From assembly GCA_964016885.1 (NCBI GenBank), contig OZ024753.1:19096001-19160000 (forward strand): DNA of 64,000 bases, read 5' to 3'. Positions 42,861 to 56,936 of this stretch are shown here, in pieces. This DNA is from Eledone cirrhosa. Its lineage: Eukaryota. Numbering within the stretch: the first letter of the stretch is position 1; every line of letters begins with the position of its first letter. Both the position numbers and the translations under genes were made by a program. The notes below the pieces were generated by a model that was given only the letters and a program-made list of their open reading frames with translations, made no database searches and was not told where the DNA came from.

Positions 42861-43477
42861 CTAAGGCGGGTAAAATTCCCTAGATCCATGGACGAGTTCT
42901 CTCCAGCGGTCTCTGTCCCTCATTATCGCTGCCATGTCCTGCGTCTCCAACAGACCAGTGTCTGTCCTTAGGGCATCAACATACGTTAACCTTGGTCTTC
43001 CTCTTCTAGTGTGTCCATGTAGGGGCTCCCAAAGGAGCACTGAGTGCAATGTCAACTCTGGATGTCGGTGAGCATGTCCAGCTAACATTAGTCTCCTCTG
43101 TGTCACTTTTGAGCTGACTTTTGGGACGCTCCCATACAGCTGTGAGTTTTTCATCTTCAGTATATACTGATTAATGTTCAGAGTCATCCTCAGAATTCTC
43201 GTGTAGCACCCATCCACCATCTCAGTGAGTTTCTTGGCCGGTGTGCAAGTCTCAGACCCATACAGCAGCACATACTCCACTACAGCAATGAAGAGGCGGA
43301 TTTGCAGGTCTCTACGAAGGTCCGACTTCCACACCGATCTCAAGCTGATGCTGAGGGGGATATTAGAGGGAGCTAGAGCAAAGTGCCTTCCGGCGGTCAT
43401 GGTCTTCATTGACTTTAGGAAGGCCTTTGATTCTGTGGAACGTTACTGCCTGATGAAGATCTTACAGGCTTATGGAA

Positions 43478-43480
<3 letters not shown>
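42861..43480 (-). mobile_element. RTE-clade LINE 3' fragment with an inverted 5' RT segment
   Basis: Minus strand: [34 protein letters not shown] (to ~43345). Plus strand ~43345-43480: [19 protein letters not shown]. Confidence 0.8.
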
Positions 43481-43518
<38 letters not shown>

Positions 43519-43559
43519 CATATATATATACATATATATATATACACATATATATATAC

Positions 43560-43610
<51 letters not shown>

Positions 43611-43612
43611 TG

Positions 43613-43726
<114 letters not shown>

Positions 43727-43807
43727 TTTATATATATAAATATACATATATATATATATACATATATATATATACATATATATATATAAATACATATATA
43801 GATATAG

Positions 43808-43849
<42 letters not shown>

Positions 43850-43862
43850 CTATATATATATC

Positions 43863-43973
<111 letters not shown>

Positions 43974-44029
43974 CGATGAATTAGTTTTGCGAGGTCTTTG
44001 ATATGAAATCATGTGTCGAAACAAATATT

Positions 44030-45420
44030 GTTATACTTGGGGAGGGTCATATTTATGTAATATTGCGAGAATTAAATACAGAACAAACTCACTGTTTGGT
44101 TGGTTTTCGCTTCTGTTTTTTTATATCGGTTAATTTAATTTATTCGGTCCTCAATGTTGCCATTGACTGACCAACGGTACAAAATACAGGTACAATATAG
44201 AACCAAACACATATATATCATCTATCAAAGTTCTTTCGTTGCACATCAGCAACATCGTCAGTGGTGCTATTGTTTCCTCCCGTTGCATTGTATTTTCTAC
44301 GCCATCTTTATTTAGTCTGTTTATATATTAATTTATTTGTTAATTTGTTTGTCTTCTTTGCGCATGCATTTGCGTGTGTGTATAGTGTTTTGTTTAATGT
44401 GTGTTCGTGATTGGGTGACTGTGTATTGGTTAATGTATTCTATCTTTACTAGTGTGTGTTTATATGTGTTTGTTGTTATTGTGCTTGTGTATGTATTTAT
44501 TTATTTATCTATTCTTTACATATTGTCCAGGCATGCAGTTTTTCCATGATTAGGTCTGTTGGCGGCCGGCGTTCCAAAATACCTTATCCCGTGCAACGTC
44601 GTGTACCACTGCTGGTACAGTATAAAGATGAACTACGCTCTACATGCGGAAAGAGCATTTAGATAAGAAGTACGTACATGACCATAGTGCCGTGTTTCGG
44701 GTCTAGAGGGTGTAGGGGTAGACTGGGAATGAGGTGCAGGGGTATTTCGTCGAGTGGGTTTCTTTAAAAAAAAGGGGAAATCTTTTTTAGCTATCACGCA
44801 TTAAAACTGGCTTTAAGATATTTTAAAGTTGCAAATGTTCGTGCATGCAATTCGGGCAGTGGTCAGAGAGTTTGTTCAGTAGCGGGCCGTTGGTAAATAA
44901 TATTTCGTAGCTCTCTGAGATACAAAGGTCCCTTGTATGAGCGCGCTTTCTGGAGTATTTTCCATTTAAACGTGAAGGGGGTGGACTTCCTTTTGAGCTC
45001 CCATACTTAGGAGGCGAGTGTTGTCTGATTTGATTCGTCCGGTCTCCTGAAAGAGTGGGTATGGGCATACCATCAGGTCTTAAAATTATTGGAAGTGATG
45101 CCGATGCAAGTCTTTTTGTTGTTGTTAACATCGGTGCCTGAGATGACATCACATTTGTATACGATATCATTTGTCAGGCATTTGTTATCAAGTGGGCAGG
45201 CTTCCTTATTTAGGCAGTTGAACAAGGCTTCAGTCCGGGGATTGGGTTCGGAGGTAGCTGGCTTTTTTAATTTTTTAGAATTGAGATTGGCTATATTCCT
45301 AGCTAGTTTAGGTGTAGTGGAGTAGGAGATTCTTATTGTGTTCTTATTGAATATGGTGTAGTACCTATTTTGTATGGGGAAGTGTGTGTTCAGCAAAGTG
45401 AAGAAAGTCCTAGCTATAGG
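44030..45420 (-). mobile_element. Naiad-like PLE 3' fragment, decayed
   Basis: HFPIQNRYYTIFNKNTIRISYS..NCLNKEACPLDNKCLTNDIVYKC..CIGITSNNFKT. HHR motif in the 3'UTR. Confidence 0.8.
44226..44263 (-). ncRNA. Minimal hammerhead motif
   Basis: Minus strand: CA-CTGACGA-T-GTTGC-TGATGT-GCAAC-GAAAG-AA-CTT-TG. Confidence 0.6.
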
Positions 45421-45881
45421 GGAAAAGACCTCTATATTGAAGGGGGGAGGGTTCCAACTAGTCTGCCTGTGCCTATTCCTGTAATATATATTAAGAGAGA
45501 CCTCACAATAAGGGGAATCACTCCAACACTTGAATCTGTTGATGGAACCCTTTCTGCCTTTGTCACCCTTATTTCAGCCTTAAAGAATTAGCTTATAAAG
45601 AATTTCCCTTTTTTTAAACCAACAAATCCCACCCATCCTGTAGACACCTGTCTTAAAGGCATTGTTAGTCTAAGTGATAAACTAGGATTGGTATTTCAAA
45701 TTTGAATTTATTTACAGTATTCTTTCTGCCTTTGTTAATATTATAGCTTTAAAGAATTAGCTTTCAATGAACTCCATTTTCTTTAAATCCTTCAACCAAT
45801 GACCTCCACCCATTCCAATGCCCACCCTCTCCTACCACCAGAAAAGAAAAGATATAAATACCACTACTTACTTGGACAGCC

Positions 45882-45932
45882 AGCTTTCTTATGATTTCCC
45901 ACGAATGAAACAGTTCTAGTCGTGTAGAAGCT
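45882..45932 (+). ncRNA. Degenerate hammerhead of the 27.8-kb family (another at 46149-46195)
   Basis: AGCTTT-CTTATGA-TTTCCCACGAAT-GAAACAG-TTCTAGTC-GTGTA-GAAGCT. Stem I differs from AGATTC/GAATCT yet still pairs. Confidence 0.55.
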
Positions 45933-46047
45933 CTTCTATATTAAAACTATATATACATATAGGGCGGATAAAATTCTGAAAATCGATGTACGAGTTCTCT
46001 CCAGCGGTTTATCTCCTTCATCATCGCCGCCATGTCCTGCTTATTCA

Positions 46048-46107
<60 letters not shown>

Positions 46108-46282
46108 TGGAGACGCAGGACATGGCGGCGATGATGAAGGATAGAGACTTTCCTGATGATTTCTCCCGAATGAAACAGTTCTAATCCTGTGAAACCATTT
46201 CTATATTAAATATTTATATTCTGCTATGTGGTTACCCCCGACTGAACCCGGGATAAACAAATATATATATATGAATAAATTA

Positions 46283-46330
<48 letters not shown>

Positions 46331-46333
46331 ATA

Positions 46334-46420
<87 letters not shown>

Positions 46421-46699
46421 GTGTGTATGTATGTGTGTGTGTATTTGGCTGTCACTCGAGTTTCGCCAATACTACCTTGTAATGTAGTAAATATATTATT
46501 ATACTATATATTGATGGTTGTTTCGGTGGGGTTTCTTTAAGATTGAAACTATTAACCATTCATTTTATAATAAACAAATTATACCTGTTAAGATTTAGTA
46601 ACATCCAACACCGTGGTTACAGGTGAAATTGAAGGTGTGGATTGTTCCTTTGCCTATTTTATTTCTAACGAACAGAATTTACTCTGGGCTGTTAGTTAA

Positions 46700-47210
46700 C
46701 AGTTAGTATTGAGCTGTTGACCACTTGTCAGCTTGTTAACAGATATATTTGTATATTGACCTCGTTGACCACTTGTCAGCTTGTTAACAGATATATTTGT
46801 ATATTGACCTCGTTGACCAATGGTCAGCTTGTTAACAGATATATGTGTATATTGACCTCGTTGACTACTGGTTACCTTGTTAACAGATATATGTGTATAT
46901 TGACCTGATTGACTACTGATCAGCTTGTTAACAGATATATGTTCATATTGACCTGGTTGACCACTGGTCAATTGGATAAAATATATATTTGTTTATTAAC
47001 CTGGTTGACCTCTGGGCAGTTGGATAAAAATATATATCTGTATGTTGCCCTGGTTGACCTCTGGGCAGTTGAATAAATAGATATATGCGTATATTGACCT
47101 CGTTGACCTCTGGTCAGTTGGATAACAAATATATGTGTATATTGACCTTGTTGACCTCTGGTCAGCCTGTTAACGAATGTATGTGTATATTGACCTGTTT
47201 GACCTCTGTG
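46700..47210. repeat. Minisatellite, 48-bp unit, ~10 copies
   Basis: TTGACCACTTGTCAGCTTGTTAACAGATATATTTGTATATTGACCTCG repeated. Confidence 0.9.
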
Positions 47211-47944
47211 AGGTTAGTTAGATGTATGTGTAAATTGATCATGTGGGACTTGGTGGTTTGCTCAGAAAGCAGGAACAAATTGCCCAAATCATTTTGTCGA
47301 ACATTTTAATGATTCTACTTTTTCGCCTCCATTATCCCAGTACTGCCAAACCACCATTAGGTGATTCCTTGTCTCCGTATTGACAATACAAGGCATAAAT
47401 CTGTCATAATAATTTAGAAGTCTTACGAAATAACGGACTTCTCTCTTAAATGATCGCTATTTATTGCATTCTGGGAGTGATTGCATCCAATGTAATATGG
47501 TTTAATTGGCATGTCTCTATACTCATTACAAAGTCAGGCATCTTATAGCCATTATGTTCAACGATATGTGTCTCTATCATAAATATTATGGATTATGTCT
47601 TGATTATTTTCCAATCTAGATGTCGTTATGATCCTAACCACGATTTAGCTGCCGATTAAAAGCTGAGATATATGTGAGTTATATTACCCACCTTACAATA
47701 TGCAATTGCATTCCTATGAAGTTGAATATTTCTTGTCGAGAAGAAAGTTTAATATATGCGAACATTTCATTTGATTACCTTCATCAACCCAAGGCATACT
47801 GTCTTATAATACGTAAACACTCCCAAATGCATGCGGATGTATTCACACACAGCCTCTCCCCATCTCATTTGAGAAATCACCAGCCACTAAGTCAAAGATA
47901 ACTCACCATATCATTATTAGCAGGAAGAATATACCATTATATTA

Positions 47945-48167
47945 TTGGATTGGGAGTATCGGTAGAAGGTCAGACACCATGCCTTGCAGCATAGAGTTAC
48001 GGCCCTTTATGGTCTGAGTTCAAATCCCGCCGAGGTTAACTTTGCCTTTCATCCTTACGGGGTCGATAACATAAAGTAAAGTACCAGTAATAAAAGTAAT
48101 AAAATAAAGTACCAGTAATACACTAGGATAATTGCTGGCCTTGTGTCGAAAGTAGAAACAATTATTA
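47945..48167 (+). mobile_element. tRNA-type SINE copy
   Basis: A and B boxes plus core. ATTATTAGCAGGAAGAATA occurs on both sides (possible TSD). Confidence 0.8.
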
Positions 48168-48258
48168 GCAGGAAGAATAGGATTAAGAGTTGCCAATGTA
48201 GAAATGATGATGATTAAGATGGCATCTCATTCTCTCTCTATATATATATAATATATCC

Positions 48259-48316
<58 letters not shown>

Positions 48317-48333
48317 ATATCTATCTCTCTCTT

Positions 48334-48379
<46 letters not shown>

Positions 48380-48461
48380 AGGTAAACAGAAATAACAACA
48401 CAAACGGTACAGTATATGGAAGGTATATATTAGGTTAACGTTTGATATAGCAGGGAGAGGG

Positions 48462-48497
48462 CCTTAACGTTTCGGCCGCTAGTCCTTCATCAGAAGA
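48462..48497 (-). ncRNA. Stem III-less minimal hammerhead motif (degenerate homolog at 34323-34358)
   Basis: Minus strand: CTT-CTGATGA-A-GGAC-TAGC-GGCC-GAAACGTT-AAG. The region ~48375-48550 is homologous to ~34235-34412. Confidence 0.55.
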
Positions 48498-48629
48498 AAG
48501 AATAAGAAATAAAATAGATTAAGGGGACGGGCGGGATGGAATTAGAAAAAATGTCTATATATATATATATATTTCGTTTCTGAATTTGTTTAGCAAGATT
48601 CTTTATCTGAAATCGTGTGTTGAAACCGA

Positions 48630-49266
<637 letters not shown>

Positions 49267-49708
49267 CAAGGAGGGTGTCTGTGTCTTTGTGTGTGTATGT
49301 ATATGTATATATAAGCACAAAGCTCGCTTTCACTACCCCCACTACATTTTTCTTAAAGATTAATCTCTTCTAAGCATTGACTCTAGTATCTAGAGCATTA
49401 TGAGCCACTTGTGTAGTTATATATCTAGTCCCATCGTAAGTATCAAAACCATGAATTCATGTAACATATAGTCGGTGGCAGAAGAATCAAACATTATTTT
49501 CAGTTTTTTATGACTGATATGTTATTTTGACTTCGTGTTCTTTATTTCTGCTGTCTTTTGAACGAAAGCCGGTGCAGGCTTACTTTTACATACAGTGTTT
49601 ACACCGTTATATACATACTTATATATGTATGTATGTATATATGAATGTATATAAGTAAGTATGTATGCATGTATGTATGTACCGCGCGGTTAAACAACTG
49701 GGAGTGAA

Positions 49709-49997
49709 GGACCCCTAGCCTTTGTCACGGCATTCTTCTAGGAGAAGGCAATTCAGGAAACTGGGATAACTCCGATATAAAACCTGCGGCTTAGTAGTTA
49801 CCGATAATGTTGATGTTTTCTTCTTTTCGGGTTATAGCTACTGTCGCTCAGAGAGTGGGATTGGTTTAGTGCACAGTCTTTCCTCACTTTAAAGAATATC
49901 TTCACGCACAGGCATTGCACGATAGAATTAATTTATAAATTATTAATAATGGTATATCGTGCAATGGCCATACTTGATAACGAGGAGGCAGCCATCA
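49709..49997 (+). mobile_element. Diverged relative of family A lacking the zinc-finger segment
   Basis: Shares GACCCCTAGCCTTTGTCA..CTAGGAGAAGG, GAGAGTGGGA, GCACAGGCATTGC and the 3' end GGCAGCCATCA(TGTA)n. Confidence 0.6.
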
Positions 49998-50185
49998 TGT
50001 ATGTATGTATGTTTTTTTTCGTGAAATGGTCATATTCGATAACGAGGGGACAGCCATCATGTATGTATGTAGGTATTTATGCTTGAACGAACGTGTCTGT
50101 GTGTGTGTGAGAGGGAGATAGATAGATAGATAGATACAGAGAGAGCGAGAGAGAGAGAGGAATGAGATAGAGGGAGAGAGAGAGA

Positions 50186-50300
<115 letters not shown>

Positions 50301-50803
50301 GGGGAATGAGAGAGAGTGAGAGAGTTTGTGTTTTTTATGAGAGACAGTATGGATGTATTTTAGGAAGACGTTGGTTCTGCGCGGAACTCATGATATTTTA
50401 TGTTTCAGTTTAGTGATATTGCTAGGAATAATATTCTTTCCAAATAGAGATGCTCTTTGTTTTTTGTTTGTTTTGTTGTTGTAGCTAGTATTACAGTTTC
50501 CCGTTTAGTTGTTCTTCCTACTGTTGTGATTTCTACTTTTCATGCGGATTGTTGTTGTTATCAATTGTCTAATTTTACTGCTCTAGATAGTAGAAATGTT
50601 ATTTTCCAAATAGTGCTCACTTTCTATTGATTTCTGTTTTATTAGCTGCAATATGTAATTCGCCTTATTTGCTTATACTTCCATTTCTAGTACTTATAAG
50701 ATATTTTCGAAGTATTTTTAGTTCTAGTAATATACGCGATTATGAGAAGTTTTCGAAAACTGTTTACTGACATCTACTCTTAGATTTAACTGAAGGTTAT
50801 ATA

Positions 50804-50855
<52 letters not shown>

Positions 50856-50967
50856 TATATACACACACATATATATATATATAACCTTCAGTTAAATCTA
50901 AGAGTAGATGTCATAATAATACATACAAACATATAGACATACAAACACACACACACATATATATATG

Positions 50968-51067
<100 letters not shown>

Positions 51068-51527
51068 CATATATAATTTTTTTTTTTTGCGTGTGTGTGT
51101 ACAGGTTTTAATATAAGCATATATTCCGATGCTTTTGAACTATATTAAAATCTGTAATGGAAAAAAAACGGTTATACAATCATACATACATCTATACACC
51201 CACGCACATATACATGCATGCATAGAAACTCTCCCTCTCTCTTTCTCTATCTCTCTCTCTCACACACACACACTCACACATATTATATACATATATATGT
51301 ATATATGTATCTAAACACATGTGGAAGAGATACATTTTGTTTAAAAATATCTTGCTTTCTCCACAATATATTTCTGCATATATATATATATATATATACA
51401 TAGGAACAAGTATGACCCCGACGGCAGAGCTTAAGCCGTTTCGATGGCTATATCTGGACTCGACTACCCTAAGTATTGAGTACTTTGGTGCGTTATGGTC
51501 CATCTGGTTACTTACCATAACTCCTTC

Positions 51528-51556
<29 letters not shown>

Positions 51557-51561
<5 letters not shown>

Positions 51562-54500
51562 GGGGGTGAGTTTTATTGTAGAACAATAAAGCAATGCAGA
51601 TATCGAATAAGTAGCACTCTACAGTTTGTAGGACTGGAGTATAAATAATATACAAGATCAAAAGATGGTTAAAAGAGTTCCAAGTGTTTTATTATGCGCA
51701 TTATTGAAGCTTCTGAGATTATGTCAAATCTTGGCATCGGAAAAAAGACCGAACCATTCCTCCCAAGAACTCCGAGGATAAATCTCAAGGATCACAAAAA
51801 CAACTTTCCTACTGAACTACCTGTTAGAATAATCGCCCCCTCTAAATCAGATCTGGGGTTGTTATCAAAGCCATCTTGGATAGAATTATCCCACAGGTTC
51901 GTTCTAATTGCTCTACTTCGAACTTAAATTTATGGTTTGGTACTTCTGAAGTGATTGGCTGGTTCAACAAATTGAATAATAAAAACAAACAAAAATGTAT
52001 TTAATTTGATATTGCCAGCTACTATTCTTCTATTTCGCCCTCTCTTCTCAACAATGCTCTATCTTTCGCTTACAAATATTCAGACATCACCACAGAAGAA
52101 CTTCACATCATTCTCACCGCACGTAAAACCATCCTAGAGTTCAACAATGAATATTGGACCAGAGCTGATACCTCTAACAACTTTGACATCACAATGGGAG
52201 CATCCGATTCATCCCAATTGACATATTTAATTGGTATCTTTATTTTGAACTCTTATGAATCGGAAAATTCCTCAACTTCGCGGTGGAATTTATCGTGACG
52301 ATGGATTTTTACTATCTTAAATTGCAACATAGTTAACCTTAATATTATTAAGAACAATATACGTAATCTCTTTAACCAACATAACTTAAAAATTGAATTT
52401 GATAACAACATCAAACTAGCTAACTTCTTGGATGTATCTCTTAATCTTGACACTGGCCTATATTACCCTTACCATAATAACAATGAGAATCTAAATTATA
52501 TTAATTTTAAATCTAACCACCCCACTAATATTAAGAATGCTACAGTTAGTAATATTGGAAAAAGAATATCCAACCTATCATCTAATAAATACATATTTGA
52601 TGCTAACGCCAATTACTATAATAACGCGATCTCTAAAGCCGGTTATGCAGATAAAATCAAATATAATAATGAATAAAATTCTAGATCTTAAAGGATAATA
52701 ATTAATCATGATCATTCCAATAAGTTTAATAAAAGACCTAGATACAAAAACATAATCTGGTATAATGCTCCTTTCTCCATCTCTATTAATAATAATATTC
52801 CTAAATTATTCTTTAGTGCCTTAAATAAATGCTTCTTTAACAGGGTAGATGATTGAAGGTCGTTAGTTGAAAGTTGGGTAAAATGATAGTATCCTCGTTG
52901 GATTGTCTTGTCGACATAGACGTGAGGGAAGGTCCCTCGATCTATTTACCATCTTAGTATTTACAATATTCCTTTCGTCAGGTCGCCAATTCCAGCAGCA
53001 TGGATTATAGATGTTATTGAGACGCGAGTAACATAATAACGATTTCAACAGCAGAAATTAGAGATGAGAGGTATGTTTATTTTTGATGTAGCACAAACAA
53101 TGTTTGTTAACTTATATGGTTGAAGTTACACATAAAAAGAGGTTACAAAAGGGAATGTGCCATTGCGCCGTTAAGCCGGCGAGGCTAGGGTGCAATATCT
53201 CACCGTTACATTATGCGTCTTGCTGGCTTAAAGTTTCCGGTACAAGAGAGAGATTCTTCAAATCTTCGCGGAGAATTTCTTCCTCCGGGCGCGTAGGGAT
53301 ACATACTCTTCTACTGACGCTGATTGGCTTAACTGAGCCAAATCACGCACAAAGAATGTTTGTGAGCCCGCGGAATGTAGGTCACTACACTTCCCTCCCG
53401 CACATATGTATAGTAAAATATTTAACAAACATACTATAAAATTCTCCTATTCGACCTCCTCCAACATCTCCAACACTATCTTTAAGCACAACGATAAAAT
53501 ACTAAATACTAAATCTCTTCCTTCCAACACTGAATATCATAAAAAATAGTAATAGTACTCCCGGCGTCACTGTTAACTCTAGGCTAATTTCTGCAAACCC
53601 AAATACAACGTCAAACGCAACTTCGTTAAATGTTCCTAATCCCAATCTAAATCAAGAAACTATTTTTCCTATCGTAAATAATTTCTCCAATCCAATTTCT
53701 TCTATAGATAACACTAGGTCACTTGTTAATAACTCTGTTAATTTCTCTAATCGCAATTGTAATTGCCCTGTTAAAAACAACCATTGTCTTGAAAACAAAT
53801 TAATCTATGAATGTAAAGTTATAACTGACACCAATTCCTTTACCTATTTTGGCTCCACTTCCACCTCCTTTAAAGCTCGTCTTCATAATCATCATTTGTC
53901 TTTTAAATACCAACCTAAAAGAACCAACGCGGCACTCTCAGAACTCATATGGTCCTTGAAAGACAAAAATATTAACTATAACATCTCTTGGAGGAAGGTT
54001 TTTTCTGCTTATCCATACTTGAATGCCTCTCTATCCAAGACATGTAATCTCTGTTTATGTGAGAAATTTACCATTATATCTAATTTAGATTCTATAATAA
54101 ATAGATGCACTGACTTGTTTTTTCTCTGCTTGCATCAATTCCACAGAACATTCCATAAAGTATACAGCTAATATCTAATACTTTACCAATTTTAAAATCC
54201 TTATTTCTCAAAGGCACATATATATATATATATATATATATTTCATTAAAAATATACCCATCTTTCTACCTTATTTCAATGTTATTTATTATACATTATA
54301 TAATACTAGTTACTCATTCTATATCACTCCTATTTATCACTTCCTTTTCTTCCTTTTTTTCCTTTAATTTCTAACCTCAAATCTGTACCCTTTCTTCATA
54401 GATACTTCTCAATTCTCATTATTACTCACCACAATATATCCACTCTTCCTTCTTCAATTCGATCACTGGCCATAACATTTACTATTACGCTTTTAAATAC

Positions 54501-55381
54501 TTTATAGTATCACCTTGAAAATCCTTCGTAAACATAAACATTTTTTTTGACATTAGATTATTCATCCTCAATTCATTATTTTTTTCTCCTTATTTTTTTC
54601 TTATTATTTTTTCTCATGCTCATCTAACTTCTACATATTACACATATTCATCCACTCTTCTACTTCTTTTCACAATATATCCTTAATTACATTACTATTT
54701 TTATATTTTTTTGATAATGCATATCAACAATTTCTTTCCATCGCACATATTATTAAACCCTTCAATATTCAAACCTTAACTTAATATTATTCTTAATACA
54801 TATTAACAATTTCTTTTCATCGCACATATTATTAAACCCTTAAATATTATTCTTAATACATATTAACAATTTCTTTTCATCGCACATATTATTATACCCT
54901 TCAATATACAAACCTTAATTTAACATTATTCTAAAATTTTTCTCTTCGTTAATTTTCAAATTCTTTTAATTTATATATTATCTTCCAACGGTTTTTTAAC
55001 CTCTCTCTGTAAAACAATATATTTTTCTCAGTTATAAAAGCTATCTATCTATCTCTCTCTCTCTCTCTATCACCCATCTCTCCTCCTATCTCATCCTTCC
55101 TTATTATACTCCTCCCCCTCCATTCTTTACTCTTATCTCCTCCTCTTTTTCATTTTTTCCACACACACCCCCCCATCGATTATGTTCCCAATATCACACA
55201 TCAATCTAAAACTACTTTTCATATGTTGATTTAAAACTGCACTATTCACAAGTGTTTTTTAACCTTCATATGTCTCCCTATTGTATTTGACAAAAACGCA
55301 AATGTCATCGCATGAGGATATTTGTTTTTGAAATGCGCATAATAAAATACATGGAACTCTTTTAACCATCTTTTGATCTTG

Positions 55382-55385
<4 letters not shown>
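51557..55385 (+). mobile_element. Naiad-like PLE (RT plus GIY-YIG), decayed, with an inverted pLTR piece at its 5' end
   Basis: LKDHKNNF..RIIAPSKSDLG, FDIASYYSSI, FDITMG, GGIYRDDG, FLDVSLNL..SNHP, CNCP..C..YFGST..FKARL..H, CNLCLCEK. 51557-51702 is the reverse complement of the pLTR (55333-55383, 56255-56399). Confidence 0.88.
52836..53389. mobile_element. Probable solo LTR (554 bp) inserted in the PLE
   Basis: Interrupts KCF|PPAHMYSKIFNK. 4-bp TSD CTTC. Ends TTTAACA...ACTACA (TG..CA with one mismatch). Confidence 0.6.
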
Positions 55386-55456
<71 letters not shown>

Positions 55457-56036
55457 GTGTTCCGAGTTTTTTTTTATATTAATAATATTATTCTATTTGT
55501 TTGCAAATATGCACACACCATCTTTCATAAGCCATGTCAGTAGAATGAACCCTTCATTCTTGCTCTTGAGTTGGCATGTAAACAGAACTGCAGATACTAA
55601 TGTTTCTGGGTATCACCCTTCATCAGTACAGCTCACTGTTTACCTGCCACTGTCAGAGCTAGTGAAAATATATGATATTTTTTGAAATATACATTGACTG
55701 ATCGGCCTGATTTGCATGTTAGCAGACCCACTGATCAGCCAGGTGTGCATATCAGCAGATAGGCCAGTTAGTTTCCTGTATTTGCCATATTCAAATGACT
55801 AAAAAATCGTTTTCGCTCTAAATTCGAGTTTTTCGAATATTAATAATAACATTCGATTCGTTTGCAATTATACAAACAAGCCTCATTTAACATAAGTCAA
55901 TAGAATGAGCTCCTAATTCTCGATCTTGCGTTGGTATGTGAACAGAACTGCAGAAAATAAGGTTTATATATATATATAATGTATATATATGTATGTATAT
56001 ATATATACACACACACATATATATACATATAATATA

Positions 56037-56399
56037 GTATCAAAAGATGTTTAAAAGAGTTCCAAGTATATTATTATGCGCATTTCAAAAACAAATATCA
56101 TCATGGGATGATATCTGCGTTCTCATCAGATAACATAGGGATACATGATATGAAGCTTAAAAAACACTTGTGAATAGTGAAATTTTAAATCAACATATGT
56201 TGATTTAAAACTGATCAGAACGCAGATATCATCCGATGATGATATTTGTTTTTGAAATGCGCATAATAAAATACTTGGAACTCTTTTAACCATATTTTGA
56301 TCTTATATTAGTTATACTCCAGCCGCACAAACTGTAGAGTGCTACTTATCCGATATTTGCATTGCTTTATTGTGCTACAATAAAACCCACCTCCTACAT
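56037..56399. repeat. Back-to-back pLTR fragments of the 51.6-55.4 kb PLE family
   Basis: 56037-56200 is the reverse complement of ~55220-55380. 56200-56399 is direct. HHR-like CCGATGA..GAAA-TGCGCA-TA at 56233-56265. Confidence 0.8.
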
Positions 56400-56419
56400 T
56401 ATATATATATATTTATATA

Positions 56420-56522
<103 letters not shown>

Positions 56523-56553
56523 GTGTGTATATATATATATATATGTGTATATA

Positions 56554-56622
<69 letters not shown>

Positions 56623-56936
56623 ATATAAATATATATATATATCACGATAAATTAACGGAGGCATAGGCCCTCGCTATTCCCTGTAAATAGTGTGCTCAAA
56701 GGAGAAGAGATCCTGAGCTCTTTAAAATACAATATGTTGAAAAGGTAACACACCAGTGAGAGATATATAGTGCGTTATCAATAATACAGGGAAAAAACCA
56801 CCTGTGTATGGAATCTATAACCTATGAAAGGCAGACTATAGAGACGATAATTAAAAATATAAATTAAAGCGTAAATAAATACCTCTATAACTATATAACA
56901 CACGTACAAATCCAAAGATTTGTTTCACCAAAAATT

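Noticed and set aside
46696-47210. 16-aa repeat protein or CRISPR-like array
   Set aside because: Contiguous 48-bp minisatellite without unique spacers. The same applies to 29410-29826.
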